Positions 25,201 to 38,008 of a stretch of 64,000 nt of DNA are shown here, piece by piece. This DNA comes from Moniliella sp. 'wahieum'. Taxonomy: Eukaryota. A model generated the notes under the pieces. The model was given only the letters and a program-made list of their open reading frames with translations, was not told the origin of the DNA and did no database searches. Positions within the stretch are counted from its first letter, which is position 1; the number at the start of each line of letters is the position of its first letter. The stretch is taken from the NCBI GenBank assembly GCA_003971905.1, contig RSEE01000039.1, forward strand, positions 248,001 to 312,000, written 5' to 3'. The position numbers and the translations under genes were made by a program.

Positions 25201-26123
25201 TCACTTCTTAGCGTCCTTGGGTGGCTCCTCCTCCTTGGGCGGCGGAACCAGCTGGTATTCATTGGGCAGGTACGACACGCCCTCGCCCACCTGCTCCCAT
25301 GGAGACGTTCCCTCAAAGTTGCGGAACGCTTGGGTCAGCTGCAATGGCTCCTGCACCACGCGCTTCTTTTCTTCGTCGTACCGCAGCTCGGTGTACCCAG
25401 TCAGAGGGAAATCCTTGCGTAGCGGGTGGCCCTCAAATCCTGCAGATCGAACCGAAGTTAGATTAAAAAAACTCTCTCTCAGAACCAGGCAGGAAAGGGC
25501 GTACCATAGTCGGTCATGATGCGACGCAAGTCCGGGTGGCCAACGAAGAAGATGCCAAACAGATCATACACCTCACGCTCCATCCAGTCCGCCGAACGGA
25601 AAAGACCAGTGGCACTAGGAATGGGCGTCACCTCGTCGCCGTAGGTCTTGACGCGGATCCGCGAGTTAAAGTTGATGGAGAGAAGGTGGTAACGATCTCA
25701 AAGCGTTGCGAACGCGAAGGGAAGTCGACCGCGGTGAGGTCCTGAAGCTGGGTGTACTGGCACTGGGTGTGGTCGCGCAGAAACTCGAGGACGGGGGTGA
25801 CACCGGCTGGGGCAATGTACAGCGTCAACTCGTCCTTGACCACCGTGAATTGCTGGATGAACTTGGGCAGCACGCTGGTAAGGTAGGCGCCGTAGTCATG
25901 GAGCGGCAGGCTGATTGCCTGGTACTTCTCTGCGGGGTTGATGCCGGCGGGCTCGATAAAGGGCGAGTCGGGGTTGACGCGGTCACGCCGGCGGGGTACG
26001 GGGGCTGGGCCAGCACACGCACCGAGGAAGAGAGCGCGCGGGCGGAGAGGCGAGGGGCAACCTGGGGCGCAGCACGCACCGCGGCGCGGACAGCGCGTAC
26101 ACCGAGGGCAGAAGGGCCACCAT
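25201..26123 (-). CDS. NDUFS3: NADH:ubiquinone oxidoreductase 30 kDa subunit (NDUFS3/NUO-30.4)
   Basis: [18 protein letters not shown]...[35 protein letters not shown], intron 25440-25504, [29 protein letters not shown]. Frameshifts are present. Confidence 0.96.
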
Positions 26124-26478
26124 GGGGCGTCGGCAGGGCGGGGGCGGTGGGGGTGGTGGCTGGCCGTCGCCCCGCCTGCGCCGGGCAGATTCGACCAGGC
26201 GGGGCTGGGCTTCCGTCTCGCGGGCGGGCAGGTGCCGGGGGCCATTACTAACCCGAGCGCACGGGGCGGAATGGATTCTCTAGTGTGCATTTCCGCCTCC
26301 CCGCCCCCGTCGCCTGCGCCACCATTCACCACCATATTCACCACCAACACTCCCCACCACTCACTACCCCCACCACACATCAAGGGCAAATAGATTCATG
26401 AACAAACAACACGATCCGTCCCCCCTCCACCCGTGCAGCAGTCCGAGGGTGGGAAGGATGACTGGAGGGATCATCTAC

Positions 26479-28689
26479 TTAGAAGGGACAGGATAAAGCA
26501 GATCGGAAATGCCTTGCTTTTGACGTTAGGCTTCCGTGCTGCACCCTCGCCCGAGGCTGGTTCCGGCGCTGACATAGGCGGCGCTGGCTCGGGCGCAGGC
26601 ATAGGCGGCGCTGGTTCCGGAGCTGGAATCGGCGGTGCCGGTGCCGGGTCCAGGGAGGAAAAGCCCCAGGTCCCCGTTTCAACGATTTGCAGCCCTGGTT
26701 GGCCGCATGGGCCGTCGAATCGGATGCGCCATCGGACGTGACAGGAACCTGAGCCTGACTCGTCTCGGCATTCGGAGACGCGTGCTCGGAATGTCGATGC
26801 TTGCGCTTGTGATGCCGACGCTCTTGTGGGGCTCCCCTACATGGCCACCGCAGCGACGGCCTGTTGCTGGGCAGCATTGTTGCATTTGCGCTTGCAGTTG
26901 TACCATATCCCGCCCGGCATCTGACCCCAGCCGCGCATGGGCTGTGCCATCGCGGCTGCTGACGGGCCTTGGGATGGGTCGGGCATGAAGCGCTGCATAT
27001 GCAGCTGCCAAGCATGCATACTGGCCTGGGCCGCCGCCTGGGCCGTCTGGTGGGCCGTGGCATGCAACTGGGTGATCTTGGCATTGTGACGGCGTTGCGA
27101 GCCCGCGTTGCGTCTGCCAGGCACATGTTCGTTGACCGCAGCCGTGTAGGCAGCAGCAGCTTGCTGGGCCTGTAAATGCAATTGCGTTGCGGCTGCAGCG
27201 GACGCAGCAGCTGGGCCTCCATCTGCTGTCGCATCATCGCCGCTTCATCCTCCCCGGCACGAGGCGCCCATCTCATCCGAATCCGCCTTGCGCTTCTTGC
27301 CCTTGCGCTTCTTTTCGGACAGATGCGCCATAGGATCCGTGGCTGGGAGGGGCGGAGGCGGGATAAGCTGCGACAACGGGTCGTGAACTTGGGATGGCGC
27401 ATCTACCGTGCGCTCTTCTTCTGCGTCCCCTTGGCCGTCGGAACGCTGGGACCGACGTCCTCTGCTGCGGCCAGAAGAACTGTTGCGGGTGCCACGCCCA
27501 CGAGAATTCGGCTCCGGTCCACCGAAGTCGCTAGCGTGCCAGCCATTTGCAACGCCTCTTCCAGTGAGGGAACCATTGGCGCGGGTTCGACCATAACACC
27601 CTCCACTGCATCATTCTGCCCGGTGGTACATACCACCGTTAGTGCAAACGAAAGGGAACCAAAGAATGGATCATGGAAAAGTTAACACGTACCCATAGAG
27701 TCTTGTGGAGAATATTCTTCCAAAAGGGAATGGGTTTGCCCGCACGTTTCAGGCGCAACAGCTCATTGCGCGACTTGTCCTTAAGCTGCATATTGTTGCG
27801 TGCAGCCAGCAAAGTGGAGCGCTCGCCTGAAGGTCCATGCCAGCGCAGGACGAGCGCATAGGGCTGAATTCCCGTGTACTCTTGCTTGTACGCACAAATC
27901 TCCTCGATCGACTCGATCAACGCTGCGGTCTCTTCGGCTTGCCATGGCTTGCGGCCATTGGTGTTGCCACCAGTATTGTAAAGAGAACGCTTGGTGGCGT
28001 CCTGGTGAGGCTTCAACTCGTTGTAGAGTGTCGGGTTGGGCGGGAGCGCTCCATAGCCAGCCATTCCGGCCTGTTGCTGCAAAACGTCAAAGCCAGGGGG
28101 GAAAGACCAGCCACTGGGGCAGCCACAGGTGCAACACCGACCTCATTGGCATGATTTTCATCTTGCCCCGAGTCAGCGGCCGCGGCCGCAGCGGCGGCTG
28201 CGGCAGCTGCAGCTGCTGCCAGATGCATCTGTACGTTGAGATCGTACGGTTGCGCAGCCTCTTGGGTTTGGGGCTCCGGCTCAGGCGCTGGCTCAGGTTC
28301 AGGAACGGGATGAGGTTCAAGTTCGGAGGTAGGCTTGGGAACCGACTCGGCCTCATGCCCATGCGCGTGCTGCGGCGCCTCAGGCTTGACGTGGAATTCA
28401 GGTTGCTGCTCATGCGCCGGCTCAAGCGCAGGCGCAGGCTGGGGCTCGGGCGGGGGGCGGGGCCCAACTGGGGGTCAGACGAGAATTGATCCTGCACGGA
28501 GGCCTCGATGTGGTGCTCGGACGCGCCTTGGGGAGCGGGGTTCGACGCGTTGTCTGGAGGGGACGCGTCGTGGGCCACATGGCCCGCCGGCGGAGGAGGG
28601 GGAGAGGGCGGAGGGAGGTTGGGCGGCGGGTCGGGCTGGGCCGCATGATCGGACGCGTCGGGCGCGGTGGCTACGGGCATGTCGGTCAT
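26479..28689 (-). CDS. Myb/telobox-type DNA-binding protein (Tbf1-like domain) with low-complexity flanks
   Basis: RKPWQAEETAALIESI...PYALVLRWHGPSGERSTLLAARNNMQLKDKSRNELLRLKRAGKPIPFW resembles the Tbf1 telobox (..G.G.....L..R..VQLKDKARN). Pro/Glu-rich N-terminus, poly-Ala at about 28174-28220, Gln/Ala-rich C-terminus. Intron at about 27631-27693; ends approximate. Confidence 0.7.
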
Positions 28690-29498
28690 GGCCAACGCGC
28701 TGGGGGTGTTGTGCGTGGAGCGTTGCGTGTTGGGCGTTGAACGCGGCAGCAGCTGCCGGGGGGGACGCGACGGATGGGCGGCGGGTGGTGGGGGTAGGGT
28801 TGTACGCGTGGGCAAGGGTTACCGGGTACTGGTTGGGTGTGCAGCCTGGGGCTGGGTCGCCAGTCGTGGTGGTGGAGGGTTATTAATTTGAATCGAACGC
28901 CTGCGCTGAGCAGCCTCTGCTCGCTGCCCCCCTGCCGCCGCATGCAGCCAGGCGTGTACACAACCCTAGTCCTCCGTGTCGCGCGCAGGGAGCACCTGCC
29001 CCCACGTGGCTGTATCCGCCGTCCTTCGGAATGCGGGATTGCACCGAATGGGGGGCGGGTCACGCGCAAGTGAAATAGTGCGACATGGGCGACATGCCCG
29101 CGCTGCAGTCCAGATCTAAGGGCACACCTAGTGGCCGAAGGCCTAACGGGCATACGGGAAGGCGAGTCTGAACTTGCTTGAGCCTAGTATAGAATCCCGC
29201 TTCAATTGCATTATTACTCCCTTGGTATGGATAAGGGAAGTGATAGGTTTCCAACTAGCATCAATCTGCTCTTGAGTCCAAATCCTGGCCAGGATGGTCG
29301 CGTTGGTAACTGCAATGGGGCTGATAGGTGTCATACTTTGTTGTTGCCCGGGTATGCGTGAGAGAGGCAAGAAAGATGCGTGGACGCCGTAATGGCACCG
29401 AGCTGTTATGGGGTAAACAGCTTTTGCTGTTGGGCATGGTGAATGTGAAAAGTTTCCACGGGGTATTAGACTACAGAACGAAGGAGCAGAGACGTGCT

Positions 29499-30363
29499 TT
29501 ACGAAAGGAAGAACTTGAATGCCACAAAAGTATATGTGCCCCCTCCTGGATGGCCCTGAGGCAACGCATAGACGTTACATCTGGGCGGGGGTTCCAACAA
29601 CGCCACCGCCTGGGACCATGTACAAAACCAGCCCCACCCTTTGAGGTAGTGGGACAATAAAGTATTTGGCCGCGCGCCACCGGTTGCGGAATGGCAATTC
29701 GAGGCAATGGAGGTGGGTATGCTCAACCGAACGAAACGGAGGCAACTGCCCAACGCAACGCAACCCAACGAATCCCAACCCACCCGTTCCCACCGACGCA
29801 ATATCAATGTCAGCAACGTCTCTCTTTGTCCCTTTTTTCCAGTAACCGGGGATGGAACGTACATGAAACCCAAACCGTTCTCCCGCCTCGGTCTCCGGGT
29901 CAGGCCCAGATTGCGAATCCAGCAGCGATGGCAGTCCAGCTTCTGGGTCCGCTCGCTGGGCCCGGGCGATACGCAAAGCGTGTTGGCCAAACGCGTGCAT
30001 CGCACGTACACGTTCTGCGCTCTCGTGCGACACTGGCCAGTGCACCACGTTGTTCCAGTGCTGACGCGGCACCACGAGCAGGTGAATGCGCGCGGCCGGG
30101 GAACGATCGTGAAACGCAATGAACCGTTCGTCTTGCAGCACCACGGCAAACCCTTTTTCGGGCGAAACGTGGCAAAATGGACAGCGCGATTGGACGGCGT
30201 TGGCATAGTTGGCGCTGGTATCGGGGGAGCCCCAGAGGTGTCGGACGAGGTGCCATGGCGAGCCCAGAACTGACCAGAGGCGAGGAAAGAGGAAGGCGCA
30301 CTGAACGCGACCTTCCCCGTTTGACTCGCTGCCAGGTACCGGTAGCAGTGCGTCCTTCGACAT
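29499..30363 (-). CDS. HIT-family protein (HINT3/HINT4-like)
   Basis: CPFCHV, FIAFHDRSPAARIHLLVVPRQH, RFGFH|LPPFRSVEHTHLHCL (HxHxH motif). Intron 29746-29862. The C-terminal KGWGWFCTWSQAVALLE lies in a shifted frame. Confidence 0.88.
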
Positions 30364-31029
30364 GGCCACAGTACGATTGCCAGTCCAAGTTGGCGGGCCC
30401 GCCAGGCGCAAGGTTGCCCCCGACGGGATCCCTACGCCCAGTGGCCCAGAAAGCGGGGCAGTTGCGCGTTACGTGATTCGGTCTCTGAACCATCTGCATG
30501 GGTTTCCAACTGCACTCTGACTCCTCAATAAGCCTCTTTGGCTCAGTGGTAAAGCATCTCACTAGTACCATGTGATCCTGGAATGAGAAGATCGGTCGTT
30601 CGATTCGGCCAAGAGGCATGTATTTTTTGGCACTTTTTCGCCGCGCCGTTCCCTGCGTCCGGGGCCTGTGTCTGACACCCGATGGATTGACCTCATCAGG
30701 TGGGCTGGTGACCAGGATGACCTTATCCAAAGTTCTGATCGGATCCCCGTGGGTCAACCGCTGCGTCCACCACTTGCATCCGCGTCGGCTACGAATCGAT
30801 TGCAGGGCTGCAAAGAGAATTGGATGGGGAGAAGTTGGGGAGCGGCGGGGATAGGGAAAAGGGGGAAGGCACACCATGATGGCATATGCAACAGGATGGG
30901 ATGGATATAGTTCAAAGGGGTTGAGAAAGTTGATGCGTGCAAATGGAGATCGAATCACCACATGAGGAAACTGGCGCAGTCCTGGGGGCAGTACTGCGCT
31001 GTGTGTGGGGACAGAAGCGAGGCCCGGGC

Positions 31030-34000
31030 CCAGCCTAAAACAGCAGGCCCAAGGCGAATCAGGACGGGGAAGGGGCCTGGTCAGGAGCCGGGCTGAGGGA
31101 GGTGCGGGAGGAAGGAGACAAACGTTGGGAACGCAGGCGCATGCTCAAAGGGGGTTCGCCGTAGGCGTTTCAGCATCGGGCAGGACACGGGGTCGATGGC
31201 GAGGGTATGGGTGGCGAGGGTGGTAGTAGTCCATCCGGGCCCTTCTTGGATGGAGAGGGAGGAATCGAGGCCCGTCGAGGGAGATGCGGCCGATTGCGGC
31301 GGTTTTGTCTTTTTGCGCCGGCCACGGTGGGAGACAGAATGGGAGGATGCGACAGACTGGGGTCCAGTGGAAGGCGAACCAGACGCCGGAGGTGGACCGG
31401 GGTTAGAGTGGGGCTTGTGGTGCCGGGAGAAAACAGGCGGTGGGCGCCCAGATATGCATAGGAGGAAGATAAGTCCAGGTCGTCGGGGTCCTTATCGGGC
31501 ACGAGGCAAGGTGGGGAGGATAGGCCGGTCGAAAGCAAGGCGGGACTGATCGCCTGGGTTGGTGGTGCCACGTCCTCAGCTTCCTCCTCCACCGGCGTGC
31601 GGGGCAGCACATAAACTTCATGAATAATCGAGGGATCGACAAGGCGAGCCAAGAGCTGCTGAATGTCAGCAGAAAGTGGGACCAAGGAAAGATCCACACG
31701 GCGGTCCAGCTGCTCTTTGGAGGCAGGACCCGCATCCGTCACTCCCTCGGCCTGGAGAGCAGGTGCGTAGAGTGTGCACTGGGGCAAGAGGAATGCCTCT
31801 GGTCCTGCGTGAGCCGTGTTGATCTGAACCACATGATACCGGCACCTGTACCAGACAGCCAGAGCAGTCAGCCAACCAAAGTTTCCAAACAATCAAGTGA
31901 AGAGAATCTCACGTACTGCGAGCGCGTCACGGGACCCTTGCTTTCGTACGACGGATTGGAGGCGATGCGATGGGAATGGCCACCCCTTTGGGTGCCAAGA
32001 AGTCTTTACCGGGGAGACGGGGTTACAGATTTTGTGGCAGCCTTCTTCTGGGAGGTGGTGGGGGTGGCGTGTTGTGGTTGTGCGCTGGTAAGGGTTCAGG
32101 AGGCTGAGTAGTGCTGGGATTTTGCTCGTTCTGAGGCTCAGTAGTGCTGGGATTTTGCTCGTTCTTCTTGTTACTTTCCAGGATCCTCGGTTAGGATTTG
32201 CACCCGAATTACCCAGTTCATCCGGTCCCGTCGTAACTGGCGACTGCGCCCGGAGAAAATGATCGAGATCCACGCCGGGTGACCCCGGAGCAAGGTGGGT
32301 GGGCAGAACGAGCTCTTGCTCCCCAACCTGTTGTTCAACAGGTCCAATCCGAGGACTGCATTCCTCCGGATCCCCTTCCAAGAGACGAGCTATAAACTCC
32401 TCCTCTTCAAGTCCATCCAGGTCAGTTGTAACCGGTGCCTGCTCCAGGGGAGAATGATCGAGAGCGAGGGAAGGAGATCCGATGGGCTCTTCCACGACTG
32501 CAAGAGGCTCAGAAGAACTCGTCTGGACATTTCTGTTCCCCTGCTCCGCTTCCAAAACGCGGTATGGTTTCCACCCTTCCCAGCTCTTTTGAGCTAGTTG
32601 AATCCGTCAACGGGCCCTGTTTCGGAGTATGGTAGAGGGGCGGGGTGGGCTTTTGCGCTACCGCCTCGGCCTCGGGATGGTGTACCTGGGAGTTGCTGCT
32701 CTCCGGGGCTTCATCCCAATCATTCGACGCCTTGGACTCTTCCCGTCTCAGTAGATCTGAGGGAGATGTAACCGACCCCTCATTCGTCAATTGCTCTCCT
32801 CCCAGTCCATCCGAGCTTGTTTCATAAGGTGGCTGTTTCATAGGAGGGGGGTCCAGAGCGAGATGAGAGGATTGTTCCTCCACGGGATGATCCAGGGTGG
32901 GGAGGGGGGCGGGTGGGGCCCTGCACCACCGTCTGGTGCTCAGGAATGTGTTCCTGGACGTTGCTGCTCCCTGGGGTGTCATCCAAGTGACTCGACGCCA
33001 CGGTTTCTTCCCTTCCCAGTAAATCTGAGCCAAAGGCAACCAGCATCTGATTAGTTAATTGCTCCCCTCCCAGCTCATCCGAGTCGGTTTCATCTGGCGG
33101 CTGTTCCAGAGGAGGATGTTCCGAAGCAAAGTGTGAGGACTGTTCCAGCAGGTGGTCCAGCAGGTGGTCCAGGGTGAGGCAGGGGGACAGGGTGGGGTTT
33201 TGCTCGCCCTCGGGGGTGTGAGCCTGGACGTTAATATTCGCCGGGTTATCAGCGCGATCACTCGAAGCCAAGAATTCTTCCCGTCTCAGTAGATCTGAGC
33301 CAGATACAACCGGCACCGGATTTGTTAATTGCACCCCTCCCAGCTCATCCGGCGGCTGTTCCAGAGGAGGATGTTCCGGAGCGAGGTGGGATGACTGTTC
33401 CAGCAGGTGGTCCAAGGTGAGGCGGGGGGACAGGGCGGGGTTTTGCTCGGATTTGGGGCGTGGCGCTGCACGTTGATACTCGCCCGGTTGCCATGCCCAT
33501 CATTCGACACCAAGGATTCTTTCCGTCCCAGTAGATCTGAACCAGATACATCCGGCACCGGATCCGTTAATTGCTCCCCTCCCGGCTCATCCGAGCTGGA
33601 TTCAACTGGCAGCAGTTCTAGAGGAGGATGTTCCGGAATGAGGCGGGCAGACTGTTCCATCACGGGGCGGTCCAGGGTGAGGTCCTGCACACCCCCTTGA
33701 TGCTCAGTAGGATATACATGAAGGTTTCTGTCCCCCTGCTCCTCTTCCCGAAAACACATGGTTGCTTCTTCTCCACCGAAACGAATCCAACCCAGCGGAA
33801 ACCGGTCCATCCTCCAGAGCAGGATGGACCAAGACAGGCGGAGAGGACCAAATCAGGGCTTGATCCATCGACTGAGGCTCGGAAGGGTCTGGTTGGGCGT
33901 TGCTGTTTCCCAGGCTCTCCTGTAACAGACACGGCCTAGACGCGTCCCCTTCCATCTGACGAGAAGCAGACATATCCTGCACCTGTTCCGGGGAATAGGG

Positions 34001-34739
34001 GCGAGAGCGGGAGGAGAGGACGAGATGGACTGTTGCTCTACCTCCATTGGCACAGTAACAGCACTGACCTGGATTTGGACCTCGCGCCGGTCCGGGCGCC
34101 GCGTGGCAGCCCGTTCAGGCCACCTAACGGCAAAATCAGGGTGAACACCATCTTCCTGCACCGGAACGGAAGCAGCATGTCGAGATGATGGAAAGGCGTG
34201 AGCGCCTCCGTGGTGCATGCTTTGTTGTCTTGATCATCAGGCCGCGCACGTGGCAATCGACTGTGAAAGGGGGTAGAGGGGATGCGAGGAGGCATTGGTT
34301 CGAAGTGAAGGCGGTCTTCCGCGAAAGCAGCGGTAGGGCTAAAGCTGCTGTCAGTCGCGTTTCTCTGGACGGTGGTCATTCGCCTTGGAACGGTGCTTGG
34401 CGTTGCTCGTGAGAGGGGGAAGACAGGACCAGAAGGGTGTGGGGGCGATGGCGGGGCGACGGCAGGACGCAAGCGACCCAGCAAGCCTCGGATCCAGGCC
34501 AGCTCATCAAAGCGGCCATAGGCGTCCGCACCCATTCGAGACAACGCAAGGGACGCCATGGGGGAGGGGCCCCTGGGGGTGGAGGCAGATCCACCGGGCG
34601 CGGCAAGGGCAGACGATGACGGCGGCGGTGGCGGCGGTTTGGCGGGCGTTGTGGGTGCGGTTGCGGGGCGGGGGCGCTTGTTGGTGCTGGTGGGCGGCTG
34701 GGGCGAGCGGGAGCGACGACGGCCAGCGTGTGGTCGCAT
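31030..34739 (-). CDS. Large low-complexity protein with internal ~80-90 aa repeats and a small Cys/His-containing C-terminal domain
   Basis: Basic N-terminus (MRPHAGRRRSRSP..NKRPRP) and repeated LDH..EQSSHLA.EHPPLEQPP..ELGGEQLTN...GSDLL units. GPVTRSQ|CRYHVVQI...FLLPQCTL is joined by a GTACGT...TACAG intron at about 31845-31915. Many frameshifts; ends approximate. Confidence 0.55.
32100..33850 (-). repeat. Coding tandem repeats of about 240-270 bp, plus 33-bp and 12-bp duplications
   Basis: The anchor CAGTARATCTGA recurs at about 32748, 33017, 33287 and 33529. There is a 33-bp duplication at 32101-32165 and (CCAGCAGGTGGT)2 at about 33146-33170. Confidence 0.85.
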
Positions 34740-36694
34740 CCCGGGCCGCGGGGGAGGGGGTGGAGGTGGAGGCGGAGGTGGGGGCGGTGCAGAGGGGCGG
34801 GTGGCTGATAAATGCGTCGTGCGCTTGTCCTTCGACCGTCTCCACCCACCCACCCGTCCGAAATAAGAAACGCCCCTTCGGCCCATCGCTTGTCCCAGCC
34901 ACAGCCCCCACATCACATCCGCATCCCTTCCACACTCACGCCGTGCGCGTGATGTGCCTAACACCACCCCATCACATGGCCACGCGTCTCTTGCCAGTGT
35001 GAAGAATCATGCATCATGGGCATGGGATCATCGATCAACATTCAATGCGATCCCATGCATTGCACCGATGGCCCACCCCCTTGCTATTACCGCAATGCGG
35101 GAGAGGCACACTCATGTTGGTATTACTCTTCTCATCCAACATCGATGCATCTCCCATTGGGCGCTTCTACCCCCAACGGGGGGCGCATAGATCGGCATCT
35201 ACCACTCCACCGCCTCGTCTGCCATCTTCCAAGCCTGGGCCTAGCAGGACATGGTGCACCACCAGGCCTATCACGGCCTCTCACCAGTTGATGCTAAAAT
35301 AGCTTTAGCATACCACACTCTCCCCGAAAAACATCTCCCTTTTTCGGCCCCTCCATTTTCTTTATCTAATTATCGAGCACCGAATCATGTCGTCCAGTGT
35401 ATCGGCAAGGAAAGAATCTTGGGGGCAGCGTTATCCGGGTGCCTCCATGTCTTCATCATCCCCAGTAGGCGGGAGGGCCGAAGGCCAGAGGAGCCAGCCT
35501 GTGAAGGGAAAAGCGCTTTTCTTTTATATACACGTACCAAGTTTGTTGGTCATCAATCATTCCATAACAGAAAGAACGATGTGTGGAACGCTGGGAGAAG
35601 GAGTTGCTTCTCTTCCCCACTCTGTTTTCGAGCAAAAGCCGAATGCGAAGACAAGAACGTCGAGTTTATATTAGTACCGGACGGAACCACTCGAGAACCA
35701 TTCTCTCCCTTGCGGAGGAGGGTTTGGCACAGAGCATCAAAAGTGAACAAACACAGTAAACTGATTTTGTTCGAAGGTGTATAAGCTGCTTCGGCTGCTG
35801 GAACGGATATGCCTTCAAGACAGCGGGCAAGATGCTTGGGAAATGGATGGAATTGACTACTGAGTCTCAATGGAGATAGTTTTTCACCGTTCGGATGCCT
35901 ACCACGTTCATTCATCCGTATCCACACCCGCTTCCTCGGGTATGGGAACGGATGGCGAGCACCACAGAGGGTGTTAGAGGATGCGTGAGCTTCCATCACG
36001 GGTCATCAACTTCATCGGCCACGCCATGCACTGTTGGTAAGAGGAAGCCATCTCGACTTTCTGCCCATGTGCGTGCGCAGCATTAGTTGCGCTCGCGCCT
36101 CCTTCCCTCTCTCCTTTCAATTCTCCCTGTTGCTCTCAAGATTGGATAGCTAGCTAAGGAGCTTACAAGAAGCCATCTCTGACTGTTCCCTTCTCTCTCG
36201 TGCACAGTTTATTTTGTTGCATAAGTCCTTGGCTCATTGGAAGCTCGTAGCTATTCCGGATTCAACGGACGACAATATCTTAGTCTTTAACCCATTGGAA
36301 GCTCGTAGCTACCCTGGCGTTCGCATTAGCGGACGACAGCTTTCCGAGCGCTCTCCGTTGACCGACTCCTCGTCCTCACCCATCGATCGCTCCGCACGTA
36401 CCCTCGTGCTCTGCCAGAGGGACCTGATCTTCTGGCGATCCACCTGGTTCCTTAAACGGGGTTTTGACGATAAAACAAGCAACACGCGCCGGATGAACGG
36501 GTCGGTTTAGGCGCAGTGTTTCTTTGTCCCACAGCCCCTAAGCTCTGTCAATGAGATGATGACAGTGTATACAGGCCCGTGTAGAAGAAGAAAGCGGTGG
36601 CAGCACAGCGAAACGGTGGAATGATGCTCCGCTCCAGACTGAGAGGCTGGCGGTGAGCTGTGGAGTTCGCTTCCGCGGCGGGCCGGCCAGAAAG

Positions 36695-37600
36695 CTGTGG
36701 TGACGCTGTGGTGACTCCACGGTGACGTTGTGGTGACGCTCTCTGGTGACACTGGTGACCGACTATATGGGAATGCCAAAAACCCCACACGATTGTATGG
36801 AGTGGCTCACGGCATGACACTCATGGTCACTCGATGCATCATATGGCCCGTTTACTTCTAATTACCCCACTGCCGCTCGGAGAGGACCCTGGGCGCAGGG
36901 ACCTAACATGTAACAGAGGACATAGGTCCTAGCGGCTGCGCCAGCCGGCACCAGCCGTCGAAGCTTGAAGCTGAAGCTCCTCCATGTCACATTGACACAT
37001 GGCATGTCCGCATTCTCACCGTTCATATTCACCCACTGGCCATGTCATCGAGGACGGTCAGCGTCAGCGTCGCAACAGCGCCTCTGCCGTTGATCGATGA
37101 CCGCATGACCGGCCTGGCCGGCTGACCTGAGCCTGACGGTGCGACTGTTCGGCGCAGACGGTGACGCTGACGCGCTGACACTGGATAGGGGGTGCGCGCG
37201 CTGCGCAGCAAGGGAGTGATTAGTAGTGGCCGATGAAGAGGTGGCCACCCGACAGAGAGGATGACGCACACAACACTACTTCCAAAGTGTAGCCGATGGA
37301 TGTTGCGCGGACGCATTGATATATTACGCCAAGAAAAACAGGTGTGATTCGATGACCGCATTGCCTCTCTTTGGCATTGCCTTCCAGGCCATCAGATGCG
37401 ACCTAATAGAGGGGGCTCACGCGCTCACGGCAGAAGGGGAGCTGCTGCTGAGCTGCGTGCTGGCTGAGCACTGGCTGAGCGCTGATGCTGGCTGTGGCTG
37501 CACCTACAATCGCGACTAATTTATGATTGACTAGTGATCCATGCGATTCAAGCTAGGCTCACCGCGCTGAGCTCTGTTGAAGGTTGAGCTTGAGCTGAGC
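36695..37600. repeat. GGTGAC array and palindromic heptamers upstream of the sedolisin gene
   Basis: GGTGAC at 36699, 36710, 36721, 36732, 36745 and 36754; CTTGAAG 36964; TGTCACA 36985; GCTGAGC at 37447, 37463, 37474, 37566 and 37594. Confidence 0.7.
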
Positions 37601-38008
37601 ACACTACGGGGCAGAGCCTCTGCCTGTCCTCCCAGACCCGCCCTCGGGCAGCATATGGTCACCGTCAAGTGTCACACACGCGGCCGTGGCCCTCTTCCGT
37701 AGCAGACAGGCGATCGTGGTGCCGTGTTCTACTGCTGCCCACCCGGCAGGCATCGTCGTATTGCACAACGGTGGTGCGTCAGCTCTGTCTCACCGTTTCT
37801 CCGCCTTTGCCCGCCTGCCGCCCCAAGCCGTCTGCTGAGCACAGCGCTATGCGCACGCCGTCTCCAGCAGCCGTAGTAGTCCTCAGCCGCTCAGCACAGG
37901 GGGGCTTTGCTTGGTGCGACGACCACAGTACGCTACGCCTGCAGCAACAGCACTGCTACCGCGGTGCACCCGCCCCCTCCACCTTCCCACCATCGCCCCT
38001 TCGGCTTC

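Noticed and set aside
13516..26123. Calling the frameshifted housekeeping genes pseudogenes
   Set aside because: Residue conservation and splice sites are intact and there is no build-up of substitution stops, so sequencing indels are the simpler explanation.
36235..36311. 19-bp direct repeat CATTGGAAGCTCGTAGCTA with a 39-bp spacer, CRISPR-like geometry
   Set aside because: Only two copies, a eukaryotic context and no cas genes; most likely a local duplication.
35251..36510. 177-aa and neighbouring ORFs
   Set aside because: No recognisable homology or coding bias, so they were left uncalled.
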